Shown here: piece after piece, positions 1 to 9,718 of the stretch
How positions within the stretch are numbered: the stretch's first letter is position 1
Layout of the letters: every line of letters begins with the position of its first letter
Source: an uncultured Thermomicrobiales bacterium
Lineage (GTDB): Bacteria; Chloroflexota; Chloroflexia; Thermomicrobiales; UBA6265
Length of the DNA: 59,130 nt
Assembly (NCBI GenBank): GCA_902806325.1
Contig: CADCWE010000229.1
Span: forward strand, 1-59,130
Direction: 5' to 3'
Made by a program: the position numbers and the translations under genes
The notes under the pieces: model-generated
Seen by the model: only the letters and a program-made list of their open reading frames with translations
Databases searched by the model: none
Told to the model about the DNA's origin: nothing

Positions 1-671
1 TCCTGCTCGACGTAGCGGGCAGCCATGATGTCGGCCTGCTCGCCGGCGACGCCGAAGTCGGAACGGTAGCGGTTCGGGTGGGGGACGTGGGAGACGCCGT
101 ACATGAACGGGCCGAAGTAGGTTTCGTTACGGGACGCGGTCAGGCTCATCGCGCCCATCGTCATCCCGTGATACGACCCGCGGCGGGCGATAACCTTGTA
201 GCGGCGCGGGAAGCCGCGCATCGCCTGGACCTGCTTGGCGATCTTGACCGCGGTCTCGACCGCCTCCGACCCGCCGGAACAGAAGTAGAAGCGGTCCAGG
301 TCGCCGGGGGTGATCTCGCTCAGCTCGTGCGCCAGTTCGGCGGCCGGGCCGGTGGTGAAGCTCATCGCCGACACGTAGGCCAGCTTGCGGGCCTGGGCGC
401 CCATCGCGTCGGCGATCGCCTCGCGGCCGTGGCCGGCGTTGACGACCCACAGCCCGGCGATGCCGTCGAGGTACTCCCGGCCCTGGATGTCCCAGAGGGT
501 GGACCCTTCGCCGCGGTCGAAGACGCGCAGGCCGTCCTGCTCGGCGAGGTGGACCCACGGCGCCTGGTGGATCCAGACGTGGTCCAACGCTTCCTGCGCT
601 ATCGCCGCCGGGCTGATCGCCTCGATCAGCGCCGTCGCACCGTTGCCGCTCCCGCGCACGTCCGTGACCAT
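1..671 (-). CDS. Class III PLP-dependent aminotransferase (5' part; runs off the window edge)
   Basis: Manual translation from ATG at 671 (GGAG RBS): ...GEGSTLWDIQGREYLDGIAGLWVVNAGHGR...FYFCSGGSEAVETAVK...IARRGSYHGMT, all class III motifs. Absent from the ORF track because no stop lies in the window. Confidence 0.92.
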   Translation of the reverse strand, partial: MVTDVRGSGNGATALIEAISPAAIAQEALDHVWIHQAPWVHLAEQDGLRVFDRGEGSTLWDIQGREYLDGIAGLWVVNAGHGREAIADAMGAQARKLAYVSAMSFTTGPAAELAHELSEITPGDLDRFYFCSGGSEAVETAVKIAKQVQAMRGFPRRYKVIARRGSYHGMTMGAMSLTASRNETYFGPFMYGVSHVPHPNRYRSDFGVAGEQADIMAARYVEQ

Positions 672-1152
672 CCTGGAATTTCTCCTCGTCGCGCTCTTGG
701 TGGGTACACCCCGTAGGGCGAGGAGTATAGCAGGGGGGTGTCCTTGACCCCGGAACCGGGGAAGGCCCCGATCCGCCCCGGCCATGAATCCGGGGACCGG
801 TTCCTCCTTCGTAGGGTCTCCGAGTTCAGGAATGGGGGATCGACAGGCATGCGATCGTGGACGACGCGGTGGCAAACGCCCCCCCGCGGGCCCGCGGGGC
901 GATCGGGGGCGGGGTTGGGTCCCCGCGTTCCGAGGGGCCTTGCACCCCGGCCGCCGCCTCCCGTGTTCGGCGCGAACGCCGGTGGGAAAGGCCCGCTGGA
1001 ACCCGCGCGCCCGAGCGCGGGCGAGGAACTGGGGCGATGCTTTTCTGGAGAGCCACGTCGGTCACCTCGAACCCCTGGACCATCCCCATCGGCACGTGGG
1101 GCATCGCGGGGTCATCGGATTGAGCCCCCCCTTGCCAAGGCCACGCCTGATT

Positions 1153-1389
1153 CTATGGATCGCGATCCGGTGGGCGAACTCGGGGCCGGGAGCGGGCGAG
1201 GAACGCCTCGATCTCCTCTCGGTCGAACCGGTAGATCCCGCGCTGGCCGTATCGCACGGCGCCGAATCGGCCCTCGCGGGCCCAGGCGACGACGGTGGCG
1301 CGGGTGACCCCGAGCAGAGCGGCGGCCTCGGCCGTGGTCAGCCCCCGGGGACGGTCGCCGCTCGGTGGCTGGTCGAGGCGACCGCCCAT
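1153..1389 (-). CDS. Small excisionase/MerR-like (HTH_17) DNA-binding protein
   Basis: LTTAEAAALLGVTRATVVAWAREGRF..YRFDREEIEAFL pattern; ATG at 1389 with GGAGG upstream. Confidence 0.8.
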   Translation of the reverse strand: MGGRLDQPPSGDRPRGLTTAEAAALLGVTRATVVAWAREGRFGAVRYGQRGIYRFDREEIEAFLARSRPRVRPPDRDP

Positions 1390-1570
1390 GGCCTGGTTCC
1401 TCCGTGGTGCGCGAATGCCGGTGCGGATGGGGGTACTCCTAAGACCCCCCAATAAGGCTAGCCCAATTGGGTCCTGGGTGGAAGCCAGCGGTTGACGCCC
1501 GCTCGTGGGGGGTGGGATGATCGTGGCACGTCGCGCTCGGTTCGCCACGGATTCGGAGACGATCGCCCCG

Positions 1571-1918
1571 ATGACCGCATCCGACGACCGGCGCGTCCGC
1601 GATCACCCCGTCCTCGGCCAGCTGCCGGACGTGCCCGAGGTGGCGTTCTCGTTCGACGGCCGTCCGGTGTTCGGGCGGGCGGGCGAACCGATCATCGCCG
1701 CCCTGTTCGCCGCCGGGGTGCGGGTGCTGCGAACCACCGAGGGCGGCGAACCGCGCGGCGGGTATTGCCTGGTCGGGCGGTGTGGTGACTGCCGGGTGAC
1801 GGTCGACGGCCGGCCCGACGTGCTGGCCTGCCAAACGCCGGTCCGGGCCGGATCGCGCGTCGACACCCAGCACGGTCTCGGGACCTGGCCGGCTGATGAC
1901 GCGGACCGCCCGGCGTGA
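1571..1918 (+). CDS. 2Fe-2S binding subunit (sarcosine/opine/proline oxidase-type)
   Basis: FDGRPV..GEPIIAALFAAG..RGGYCLVGRCGDC..VDG..VLACQTPV (Fer2_4-like); stop overlaps the next start (GTGA). Confidence 0.88.
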   Translation: MTASDDRRVRDHPVLGQLPDVPEVAFSFDGRPVFGRAGEPIIAALFAAGVRVLRTTEGGEPRGGYCLVGRCGDCRVTVDGRPDVLACQTPVRAGSRVDTQHGLGTWPADDADRPA

Positions 1919-3192
1919 GATCCGTCCAGGTGGCGGTGGTCGGCGGCGGCCCGGCGGGCTTGATGGCCGCGATCGCGGCGCGCGGCGCCGGCGCCGAGGT
2001 CGCGCTCTTCGACGAGCACCCGACCTTCGGCGGGCAATTGCGCTACCGGGCGACCGGGTTGGCCGGGATCGTTTCGCCGATCTCGGGTCGGGCGGGGCTG
2101 CCACCGCCGGCGCTGGTCGCCGGGTTGATCGGCGTCGCCGCGTCGTCCGGCGTCTCGCTGCGGCCGAACGCCGTGGTCTGGGGCATCTTCGCGGACAACG
2201 AACTCGGCGTCAGCGGGCCGGACGGCGGCGACCGGGTGCGGGCGGAGCGGGTGGTGCTCGCCACCGGCGCCACCGACCGGCCGCTGCCGTTCGCGGGGGG
2301 CACATTGCCGGGCGTGTTCTCTGGCCGTGCCCTCCAGATCTTGCTCAACCAGCACCGGGTCCGGCCGGGGCGGCGGGTGGTGGTCCTCGGCGCGGGGGCC
2401 GAAGCGGCCGAGGTGGCGGCGGACGCGCGGTTGGCCGGGGCGGACGTCGTGGCGGTCTTCGACCCCGGCGACGATTGGGGCGCGGTCGTCGCCGAAGGCC
2501 GGGATGGGGTCGAGGCCGTGTCCCTTGGCGGTCAGCGCCACGCCGCCGACGTGGTCGCGGTCGCCGTCGGTCGCCAACCGGACGCGACCCTGGCGTTGGT
2601 AGCGGGCTGCGCGGCCGGATACGCCGCCGACCGGGGCGGACTGGTGCCCGTGCGCGACCGGCGGCTGGGTGGCACCGTGCCCGGCATCCTGATCGCCGGG
2701 GACGCCGCGGGCGTCGGCGAGGTCGCCGACGCCTTCGCCGAAGGCACCGTGGCCGGGCTGGTCGCCGCCGTCGACCTCGGGTTCTCGGCCGGTGACGCGC
2801 TGGCCACGGCGCTGGACCGGCTCCATGGGTTGGCCCCGGATCGCCTCGCCCCGGTTGCCCCGCTGGGCCAGGGCGACCCGGCTGGCGCGACACCATGGGA
2901 GCCGGTCGGGGCGGAATCGGCCGGTGGACCGCGGGCGGTGGTCTGCCGGTGCGAGGCGGTCGCCAAGGGCGAGATCGTGGCGGCGATCGCCGCCGGTGCC
3001 CGGACGATCAACGACGTCAAGCGGCGGACCCGGGCCGGGATGGGCACCTGCCAGGGCGTGTACTGCGTCGCCGCGATGGCGGCGTTGCTGGGACACCACG
3101 CCGGGATCCCGCCGGACCGGCTCGACCCGATGACGGCCCGGCCGCCGGTCCGCCCGATCCCGCTCGGTGCGGTGACGGATTCCAACGGGTAG
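1915..3192 (+). CDS. FAD/NAD(P)-dependent oxidoreductase with C-terminal BFD-like 2Fe-2S domain (OoxA/HcnB/SoxA-like)
   Basis: GGGPAG, LATGA, IAGDAAG motifs; C-terminal VCRCE..VKRRTRAGMGTCQG..C..RPP. Confidence 0.88.
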   Translation: MRSVQVAVVGGGPAGLMAAIAARGAGAEVALFDEHPTFGGQLRYRATGLAGIVSPISGRAGLPPPALVAGLIGVAASSGVSLRPNAVVWGIFADNELGVSGPDGGDRVRAERVVLATGATDRPLPFAGGTLPGVFSGRALQILLNQHRVRPGRRVVVLGAGAEAAEVAADARLAGADVVAVFDPGDDWGAVVAEGRDGVEAVSLGGQRHAADVVAVAVGRQPDATLALVAGCAAGYAADRGGLVPVRDRRLGGTVPGILIAGDAAGVGEVADAFAEGTVAGLVAAVDLGFSAGDALATALDRLHGLAPDRLAPVAPLGQGDPAGATPWEPVGAESAGGPRAVVCRCEAVAKGEIVAAIAAGARTINDVKRRTRAGMGTCQGVYCVAAMAALLGHHAGIPPDRLDPMTARPPVRPIPLGAVTDSNG

Positions 3193-3327
3193 CGGCCCGA
3201 CACGCTCCGCGTCCATCGTCCGCGTCCGCGCCCCGATCCGTCGCATGGCGCTACACTTGACCGCGCACGTCCCGGGGGCACGACCGGTGCTCTCCTCGCT
3301 CGCGTCCGGTGGCCGGGCTGATGCATC

Positions 3328-4530
3328 GTGGCCTCGACCCCGTTCCCGCGTTCCCCGAGGTGGCCCTTGACCCCGCCGATGACGCCGACCCGGGTGATGA
3401 TCAACACGCTGGCGGTGTTGTTCGTGATCGGGCTGGTCTGGCTCGTGATCCAGATCCGCTCGATCATGCTGGTGCTGATCCTCGGCATCCTGCTCGCGGC
3501 GGCGATCGAGCCGCTGGTCAACCGGCTGCGACGGCGCGGCTTTTCGCGCGGCCAGGCGATCATGGCGATCTACGCCGGGTTGCTCCTGACCCTGGCCCTC
3601 CTGATCTACCTGGTGGTGCCGCCGCTGATCACCCAGGCGACGGGTCTGTTCGACGAGATCCCGGGCATCTTCGACAACCTCGAACAGCAAGCCGTGGCCA
3701 GCCGCAACGACTTCATCCGGTCGGCCGGCGTGCGCACGATCCGGCGCCTCGATTCAACCTGGACCAACCTCCAAACCAACCCGCCGATCGGCACCGACAC
3801 CGCCCTCGGCCTGGTCACTTCCGTCCTCGGGGTGCTCGTGACCACCGTGACCGTGATGATCGTCGCCTTCTATTGGATGACCGAGAAGGCGATCATCAAG
3901 CGCCTGATCCTGGGGCTCGTCCCGCTGGACCGGCGGGACCGGGCGCACGGGTTGTGGGACGAGATCGAGGGCAAACTCGGCGGTTGGACCCGCGGCCAAC
4001 TGATCCTGATGGGCGTGATCGGGGTCATCTCGGCGATCGCCTACTTCGCCCTCGGCCTGGAGTTCTGGCTCCCCCTCGGGATCTGGGCCGGGCTGACGGA
4101 ACTGATCCCGTTCATCGGGCCCTTCCTCGGCGGCGCGGCGGCGGTGCTGGTGGCGTTGACGGAGTCGTGGCAAAAGGCGCTGATCGTGGTCGGGTTCGTG
4201 CTGATCCTGCAGCAGTTGGAAGGCTCGGTGCTGGTGCCGCGGGTGATGCGCAACGCCGTCGGGATGAGCCCGCTGACGGTGATCCTGGCGGTGCTGATCG
4301 GCGGCGTGCTGCTGGGGCCGTTCGGCTCGGTGCTGGCGATTCCGGTCGGCGCCGCGGTGCAGGTGGTCCTCCAGGACCTCCTCCGGGAACGGGAGAACGA
4401 CATCGACACGGGCGAGACGGGCGAACGGATGGCCGCCGCGCTCGCGGGCCGGCTGGAGCAGGTGGTCCCCCCGCCGGCGATCGAGCCGGTCGGCGCCGGC
4501 CGCGGCGCGGCGGGCGATGGGGGCGACTAG
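3328..4530 (+). CDS. AI-2E family transporter
   Basis: Multiple TM helices; ELIPFIGP, QQLEGSVLVPRVM, LAIPVGA motifs. Confidence 0.9.
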   Translation: MASTPFPRSPRWPLTPPMTPTRVMINTLAVLFVIGLVWLVIQIRSIMLVLILGILLAAAIEPLVNRLRRRGFSRGQAIMAIYAGLLLTLALLIYLVVPPLITQATGLFDEIPGIFDNLEQQAVASRNDFIRSAGVRTIRRLDSTWTNLQTNPPIGTDTALGLVTSVLGVLVTTVTVMIVAFYWMTEKAIIKRLILGLVPLDRRDRAHGLWDEIEGKLGGWTRGQLILMGVIGVISAIAYFALGLEFWLPLGIWAGLTELIPFIGPFLGGAAAVLVALTESWQKALIVVGFVLILQQLEGSVLVPRVMRNAVGMSPLTVILAVLIGGVLLGPFGSVLAIPVGAAVQVVLQDLLRERENDIDTGETGERMAAALAGRLEQVVPPPAIEPVGAGRGAAGDGGD

Positions 4531-4584
4531 GCGGTCGCGGCGGCGATCAGGGGCGGATTCGCGGACGGCACCGGGGAGGCGACG

Positions 4585-5640
4585 ATGGACGCGGGGGTGG
4601 CGGCGAGGGCGACGGGACACGGTGCGGCCGGGTCGCTGGCGCGGACGCTGGTCGGGTTGTTCGACGACCGCATCGACGCCGAGCTGGCGTTGGCGGCGCT
4701 ACGCAAGTCGGAGCGCCCGGCCGATCAAATTTCGGTCGTGGTCCGCGACCGCGAAAACGGCGACGAGGCCGAGCGCACCGACGTCGCCCGCGCCCTGGTC
4801 GCCTCCGCGTTGGACGCGGTCGGCGGCTGGTTGCAAGGCCTGGCCGCCCTGATCGTCCCGGAACGGGGAACCTTTCTGGTGGCCGGGCCGATCGGCGCGG
4901 CGTTGGCCGGGATCAAGGGCGATCCGAGCGGACAACGCGGTGCGCTCGCGGTCACCGCGACCGGCAACTTGGACTCCACCGCGCTTTGCAACACCCTGCA
5001 CGGCTTCGGGTTCACCGCCGACGAGGCCAGCTACCTCGATTCGCGGCTGAACGCGGGCTCGACCTTGATCGCGGTCTCGCTCGACGACCCGAAGACGCTC
5101 GGCGAGATGCGACGCTTTTTCGCCGAACACAACGCCGTCCACATCGGCCTCGCCCAAACCGACGAGGGGCACGTCGCGCGGGTGCGCGCCCTCATGGCCG
5201 CGCCGCCGGAACGGTCGAGCGAGGGCGACGTGTTGGTCGCCGACGCGGTGGCGCCGCTGCGCCGCCTCTGCCACCCCCTGGACGGGGACCGGGCCCCGGC
5301 GTGCGGTCGGATGGTGATCGACGAGGACGGCAACGAGATCGGCGCGGTCGCCGAGGTCCTGGCCGACAACGACCCCGGCAGCGGTTCCGGCGACGCGACG
5401 GTGGTCCGCTATCTGGTCGTGGCCTACGGCGGCGTGCTCGGGATCGGTCGCCACCACGTCGTGGTGCCGATCGAGCTGGCGGACGTGTCGGTGGTCCCGG
5501 TGCGGGTGGTCGCCGACAAGGAGCTGGTCCGTCACGCCCCGTCGTTCGACGCCGACGACCCGTTCAGCCGCCGCGAAGAAGATGCGGTCTGCGCCTACTA
5601 TGGCGTCCGGCGCTACTGGCTGACCAACGGGGAGGCGTAG
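4585..5640 (+). CDS. General-stress-protein-like N-terminal domain fused to a PRC-barrel domain
   Basis: LVGLFDDRIDAELALAAL..ISVV and LVAGPIGAAL in the N-half; GRMVIDEDGNEIGAVAEV..VRYLVVAYGGVLGIG..VVVP..YYG in the C-half. Confidence 0.72.
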   Translation: MDAGVAARATGHGAAGSLARTLVGLFDDRIDAELALAALRKSERPADQISVVVRDRENGDEAERTDVARALVASALDAVGGWLQGLAALIVPERGTFLVAGPIGAALAGIKGDPSGQRGALAVTATGNLDSTALCNTLHGFGFTADEASYLDSRLNAGSTLIAVSLDDPKTLGEMRRFFAEHNAVHIGLAQTDEGHVARVRALMAAPPERSSEGDVLVADAVAPLRRLCHPLDGDRAPACGRMVIDEDGNEIGAVAEVLADNDPGSGSGDATVVRYLVVAYGGVLGIGRHHVVVPIELADVSVVPVRVVADKELVRHAPSFDADDPFSRREEDAVCAYYGVRRYWLTNGEA

Positions 5641-5655
5641 GCCCGGCCCGACCGG

Positions 5656-6111
5656 CTACGGTTCGTCCTCGGCGGCGTTGATCGCGGCCAGCACTTCACC
5701 GGGGGGCGGCGCGCCGGCTTCGCGGAACACGACGCGGCCGTTCTTGCCGACGACGACGACCGTGCGCGCGATCCCCGAGCCGTCCGGTTTGGTTGCGCCG
5801 TAGGCGGTGGCGACCGCCAACCCATCGTCGACCAGGAGGTCGAACGGGAAGCCCTGGGCCTCGACGAAGGCGCGGTGGCTGTCGGCGCTGCCGTGGTTGA
5901 TCCCGTACGGTTCGGTGCCGGCGGCGCGGAATTCGGCGATGGCGTCGCCCACGGCGACGAGCTGGTCCGTTCAGCCGGAGGTCGCGTCCTTCGGGTAGAA
6001 GATCAACAGCGCCCGCTTGACCCCGCGCAGATCGCGCAGCCGCGTTTCTTCCCCGTGCGCGCCGTGCAGCGCGAAGTCCGGCGCCTCGTCTCCAACCTCG
6101 ACCTGGGCCAC
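5656..6111 (-). CDS. bcp: Peroxiredoxin (BCP/PrxQ type), probable selenoprotein with Sec encoded by TGA at 5971-5973
   Basis: ORFs 5971..6210 and 5656..5952 share one frame: VGDEAPDFAL..LLIFYPKDATSG-TGA-TDQL..FPFDLLVD..VATAYG..IARTVVVVGKNGRV. The TGA sits at the PxxxTxxC cysteine. GTG start at 6111 with AAGGAG RBS. Confidence 0.85.
5943..5959 (-). promoter_or_regulatory. Bacterial SECIS-like stem-loop
   Basis: CGUCGCC-GUG-GGCGACG: 17 nt, starts 11 nt 3' of the in-frame UGA, with GU in the apex. Confidence 0.7.
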
Positions 6112-6242
6112 TGTCGGCTCCTTCCCCGTGTTGGTGTCGCGCTCCGATCGGCCGCCATTGTACGCTCCCGGTACGATGGTGGACCGCCACGCTTCGACTC
6201 GGGACTTCACCGTGCCGGGCTCGGGTCGAACCCAGGAGTGTC

Positions 6243-6953
6243 ATGGATCGTCCAGCCGCCGTCGCCGCGCTCTACGACATCCACGGCAACCTGGCCGCGC
6301 TGGAGGCGGTCCTGGCCGAGGTGGAACGGCTGGGAATCGAGCGGATCGTGGTCGGCGGGGATATCGTTTGGGGGCCGGAGCCGGTGCCGACCCTGGAGCG
6401 GTTGATGCGGCTCGGCAGCCGCGCCCGGTTCATCCGCGGCAATGCCGACCGCGAGGTCGCGGACGGGTCCGCCGGGCCGAACGCGGACCCGGCGGTGGAG
6501 GTGGTCACGCGCTGGTGCCACCGCCAACTGAACGCCGGGCAACGCGCGTTCTTGGGCGCGCTGCCGGAGCGGGTCTCGTTGGACGTGCCGGGGTGGGGCC
6601 CGATCCTGTTTTGCCACGGGTCGCCGCGCCGGGACGACGAGGCGATCCACGCCTGGACGAGGGAGGAGGACCTGGCGCCGATGGTCGCCGCGGTCCGCGA
6701 GGGGGTCGTGGTCTGCGGCCACACCCACGCGCCGTTCGACCGCGACGGGGCCGGAAAGCGGATCGTCAACGCCGGCAGCGTTGGCTTGCAGTACGGCGCG
6801 GGCGCCAGTTGGGCGCTGGTGGGACCGGAGATTGAGCTGCGCCGGACCCCGTACGACGTCGAGGCGGCGGCGACGCGGATTCGGCGCTCGGGCGTACCGG
6901 ACCCGGAAATCTTCGCCGACCATATCCTCGACCCGCCGCCGATGCCGACCTAG
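6243..6953 (+). CDS. Metallophosphoesterase (calcineurin-like, YfcE-type)
   Basis: DIHGN, GD, GNAD, CHGSP, GHTH, NAGSVG motifs. Confidence 0.92.
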   Translation: MDRPAAVAALYDIHGNLAALEAVLAEVERLGIERIVVGGDIVWGPEPVPTLERLMRLGSRARFIRGNADREVADGSAGPNADPAVEVVTRWCHRQLNAGQRAFLGALPERVSLDVPGWGPILFCHGSPRRDDEAIHAWTREEDLAPMVAAVREGVVVCGHTHAPFDRDGAGKRIVNAGSVGLQYGAGASWALVGPEIELRRTPYDVEAAATRIRRSGVPDPEIFADHILDPPPMPT

Positions 6954-7498
6954 CGGAACACGTCCGCGACCGGTAGCCGGAACCCCGGCAGCACGTCCTC
7001 GCCGTCCAGGGCGTCGCCGTCGCCGAGGGTGACCGGCCCGCGACCGGCGCGGTGGACATCCACGACCCGGCGTGGCGGGTCGGCGTACCAGACCAGCGCT
7101 GTGCCGGCGTCGAGGTATTCGCGGACCTTGCGAACGACGTCGGGGCCGGTCTCGGACGGGGAGCGGATCTCGACGGCGAGGTCTGGAGGCCCCGGAAAGT
7201 AGCCGTCGTCGGCGTCGTCGGCGGGAATCCGATCGGCGCGCACGAAGGCGACGTCCGGGCAGACCAGGGTCAGCGGCTCGCGAGAGAGCAGGAATCCGGT
7301 CTCGGCCGAATACACCCGCCCCGACCCGTGCCGGCGGACGAACCAGCCGAGGCCGAAGTGAAACTCGTCCGCGCTCTCGCCGTGCTTGCGGGTCGCCGCC
7401 GCCAACCGGATCAACTCCCCGCGGATCACGTCGTAGCGGTGGGCGTCGTCCGGCAGCGCAGCCACGTCGGCAAGGGTGAACAGGGCGGTCGTGTTCAT
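6950..7498 (-). CDS. Uma2 family (PD-(D/E)XK) endonuclease
   Basis: YDVIRGEL, PDVAFV, PDLAVEIRSPS, KVREYLDAG, VLPGFRLPVADVF. Confidence 0.92.
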   Translation of the reverse strand: MNTTALFTLADVAALPDDAHRYDVIRGELIRLAAATRKHGESADEFHFGLGWFVRRHGSGRVYSAETGFLLSREPLTLVCPDVAFVRADRIPADDADDGYFPGPPDLAVEIRSPSETGPDVVRKVREYLDAGTALVWYADPPRRVVDVHRAGRGPVTLGDGDALDGEDVLPGFRLPVADVFR

Positions 7499-7596
7499 CG
7501 TTGGAGGCCTCCCGACGCCGGCTCGCGTGGTCGCGGCGCCCGGACCACTGGGCGCCGCGGAGCGACCAGTCTAGCATCGCGGCGTCGGGATCCGCC

Positions 7597-8322
7597 CTAC
7601 CCATCCATGGGCGGCGATCCAGCGGCGACGAACGCGGCGGCGTCGTACCCCATCAAGCCGCCCAAGCGTTCGACCGTGATGTCGGCCCCGGACCACGGCC
7701 CTGGACCGGCCGCCGCCGCGTACTTGCCCTGCTGGACCAGGACCCGGGTCAGGGGGGCGGCCAGGCGCTCCTTGACCTTGGTCAGGTTGTCGGGTTTGTC
7801 CTCGACGAGCACGTAATGGTCGGCCGGCAGGGCGGCGGTGACCTCGCGCAGGTAGAGTTCCTTGTGCGGGTAGACGAAAACGAAGCCGTCGACCATCGCG
7901 TCCAACCCGGCGCGGGCGATCTTGGTCGGCTGGTAGGTGGGATCACCGTCGGAGAGGATGGCGACGCGGCCGAGCGCGCCGAGGTGGGCCAGCGTCTCGG
8001 CGGTCTGCGGGTACAGGAAGTCGGCGTACGGGAAGGCGACGACCAGATCGGCGAGGGCGAACCGTTGGTCGCGGGTGGCCGCCGGGGCTTCGTCGCCGGC
8101 GGACGAGAGACCGGTTTCCTCGTGGAAGCGGGCCAGGGTCAGGGGGTAACTGACGACCCCGGCCTCGGCCCGCACCTGCTCGTAGATGCGCCAGAAACGC
8201 CCGGTCTCGGCCGCGCCGAGCAGCGCTTCGAGGCGATGGCCGATCTCGGTTTTGGCGACGTCGTTGTCGATCAGGGTGTTGTCGACGTCGACGAGGAAGG
8301 TGACGCGGGGCGGGGCGGTCAT
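7597..8322 (-). CDS. HAD-superfamily hydrolase
   Basis: FLVDVDNTL (motif I), ILSDG (II), K (III), VEDK (IV). Confidence 0.85.
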   Translation of the reverse strand: MTAPPRVTFLVDVDNTLIDNDVAKTEIGHRLEALLGAAETGRFWRIYEQVRAEAGVVSYPLTLARFHEETGLSSAGDEAPAATRDQRFALADLVVAFPYADFLYPQTAETLAHLGALGRVAILSDGDPTYQPTKIARAGLDAMVDGFVFVYPHKELYLREVTAALPADHYVLVEDKPDNLTKVKERLAAPLTRVLVQQGKYAAAAGPGPWSGADITVERLGGLMGYDAAAFVAAGSPPMDG

Positions 8323-8646
8323 CGGCGGGCCCTTTGATGACGGTTCGTTCGGCGTCGGAGACCGTTTCCAGGTCGGCCGACTGACTGCTGCCCCGGACGG
8401 CGTGCCGGACCGGTTGCCTCTCGCTCGCTGCGCCGACCCGCCGGGGTATGGTACCCCACCGCCGCGGTTCTCACGGCGAACGGGCCAGCGCTCGCAGGGA
8501 CCGACGCCCTCCGAGCGCTGGCCCGTGGTCTGGCTTGTTCCGTCTGCCTGGATGGGGGAGCAACGCGACGGCGTGTCTCGCCCTCGGACTTGACGGTGGC
8601 CACCCGATTGGCGGGGGACTACGCTTCGGTGGGTGTCGGGATCTCG

Positions 8647-9051
8647 TCAGGCATCGGCGGGACGCTCCTGCACCGACCAGCCGTTGCCGTCGGGATCGCT
8701 GAAGAAGAGGAACGCGTTCCAGGGGCCCCCGTGGCCGTCGACCCGGTCGCCGCCCTCGAAGTGCTGCACCGGGCCGATCTCCATGCCACGCCCGACCAGC
8801 TCCGCCCGAGCTGCCGCGATGTCCGGGACCACGAGTTGGATCCCCTGCACCGACCCCGGCTGCCCGCCCCCCATCCCGGTGCCCACGGCGATCGAGCAGG
8901 CCGAGCCGGGCGGGGTCAATTGCACGACGCGCACCGCGTCGGAGATCTGGGTGTCGTGGTCGACGACGAAGCCCATCTGTTCTTCGTAGAAGCGTTTCGC
9001 CCGGTCCACGTCGGCGACGGGGATCACGACCAGTTCCAGCTTCCAGTCCAT
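8647..9051 (-). CDS. VOC/glyoxalase family protein
   Basis: VIPVADVDRAKRFY..VQLTPPGSACSI..FSDPDGNGWSVQE; ATG at 9051. Confidence 0.92.
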   Translation of the reverse strand: MDWKLELVVIPVADVDRAKRFYEEQMGFVVDHDTQISDAVRVVQLTPPGSACSIAVGTGMGGGQPGSVQGIQLVVPDIAAARAELVGRGMEIGPVQHFEGGDRVDGHGGPWNAFLFFSDPDGNGWSVQERPADA

Positions 9052-9121
9052 CGAAGGGCGTCCTTTCTGCTGCGTTTCGTCCTGGCGTCCCGTCGCCGGA
9101 CGCCGGTGGCGCGGCCCGTCG

Positions 9122-9718
9122 CTATCGCGCGACCCGGAACCGCAGGTGCGTGACACCGGACCCCTCGACGGTTCGGATCCGTTCCAGCGGGATCGGGTCG
9201 GCGCCGAGCGCATCCAGGTAGCGGACCCCAGCGCCGAGCAAGACCGGCGCCAGGTCGATCCCGATTTCGTCCAGCAGCCCCGCCTGGAGACATTGCCGGA
9301 CCAAGCTGGCCATCCCGACCGCCACGTTCTTGTCGCCGGCGGTCGCCTTGGCCAGGGCGACGGCGCGCTCGACGCCCTCGGTGACGAAGGTGAACGGGGC
9401 GTCCGGATGCGCCCAGTTCTGGGGCGCCGCGTGGGTGACGACGAAGACCGGCACGGCGAACGGGTGCTGGCCGCCGAAGCCGCCGGTGATGTCGAACGTG
9501 CGCCGCCCGATCACCAACGCACCGGTCGTCGCCAGCAGTTCCCGGAGGTGGGCGGCGCTGGCGGGCGACACCTTCCACAGCCAGTCGCCGCCCGGCGGGC
9601 GGACCTCGGTCTCGCCGGTGCCGTACCAGTCGAACAGCGGCCCGACCGTGTCGTCCGGCCGGGCGATGAAGCCGTCCAGCGACACCGTCGCCCCGGCGAT
9701 GACCTTGCCCACGCTCAC
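9122..9718 (-). CDS. Dihydrofolate reductase/RibD C-terminal family protein
   Basis: TVSLDGFIA, IGRRTF, PVFVVTH, LQAGLLDEI..APVLLGAG; GTG start overlaps the upstream stop. Confidence 0.88.
   Translation of the reverse strand: MSVGKVIAGATVSLDGFIARPDDTVGPLFDWYGTGETEVRPPGGDWLWKVSPASAAHLRELLATTGALVIGRRTFDITGGFGGQHPFAVPVFVVTHAAPQNWAHPDAPFTFVTEGVERAVALAKATAGDKNVAVGMASLVRQCLQAGLLDEIGIDLAPVLLGAGVRYLDALGADPIPLERIRTVEGSGVTHLRFRVAR

Noticed and set aside
826-1104. 92-aa ORF downstream of the HTH gene
   Set aside because: No recognisable motif or convincing composition; cannot be supported.
1153-1389. Excisionase-like gene as a sign of a prophage or ICE
   Set aside because: No integrase, att site, tRNA or phage genes nearby; treated as a stand-alone regulator.
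6950-7498. Uma2 nuclease plus metallophosphoesterase and HAD as an anti-phage system
   Set aside because: Uma2 and the phosphoesterase are convergent rather than operonic, and Uma2 genes are commonly scattered singletons.
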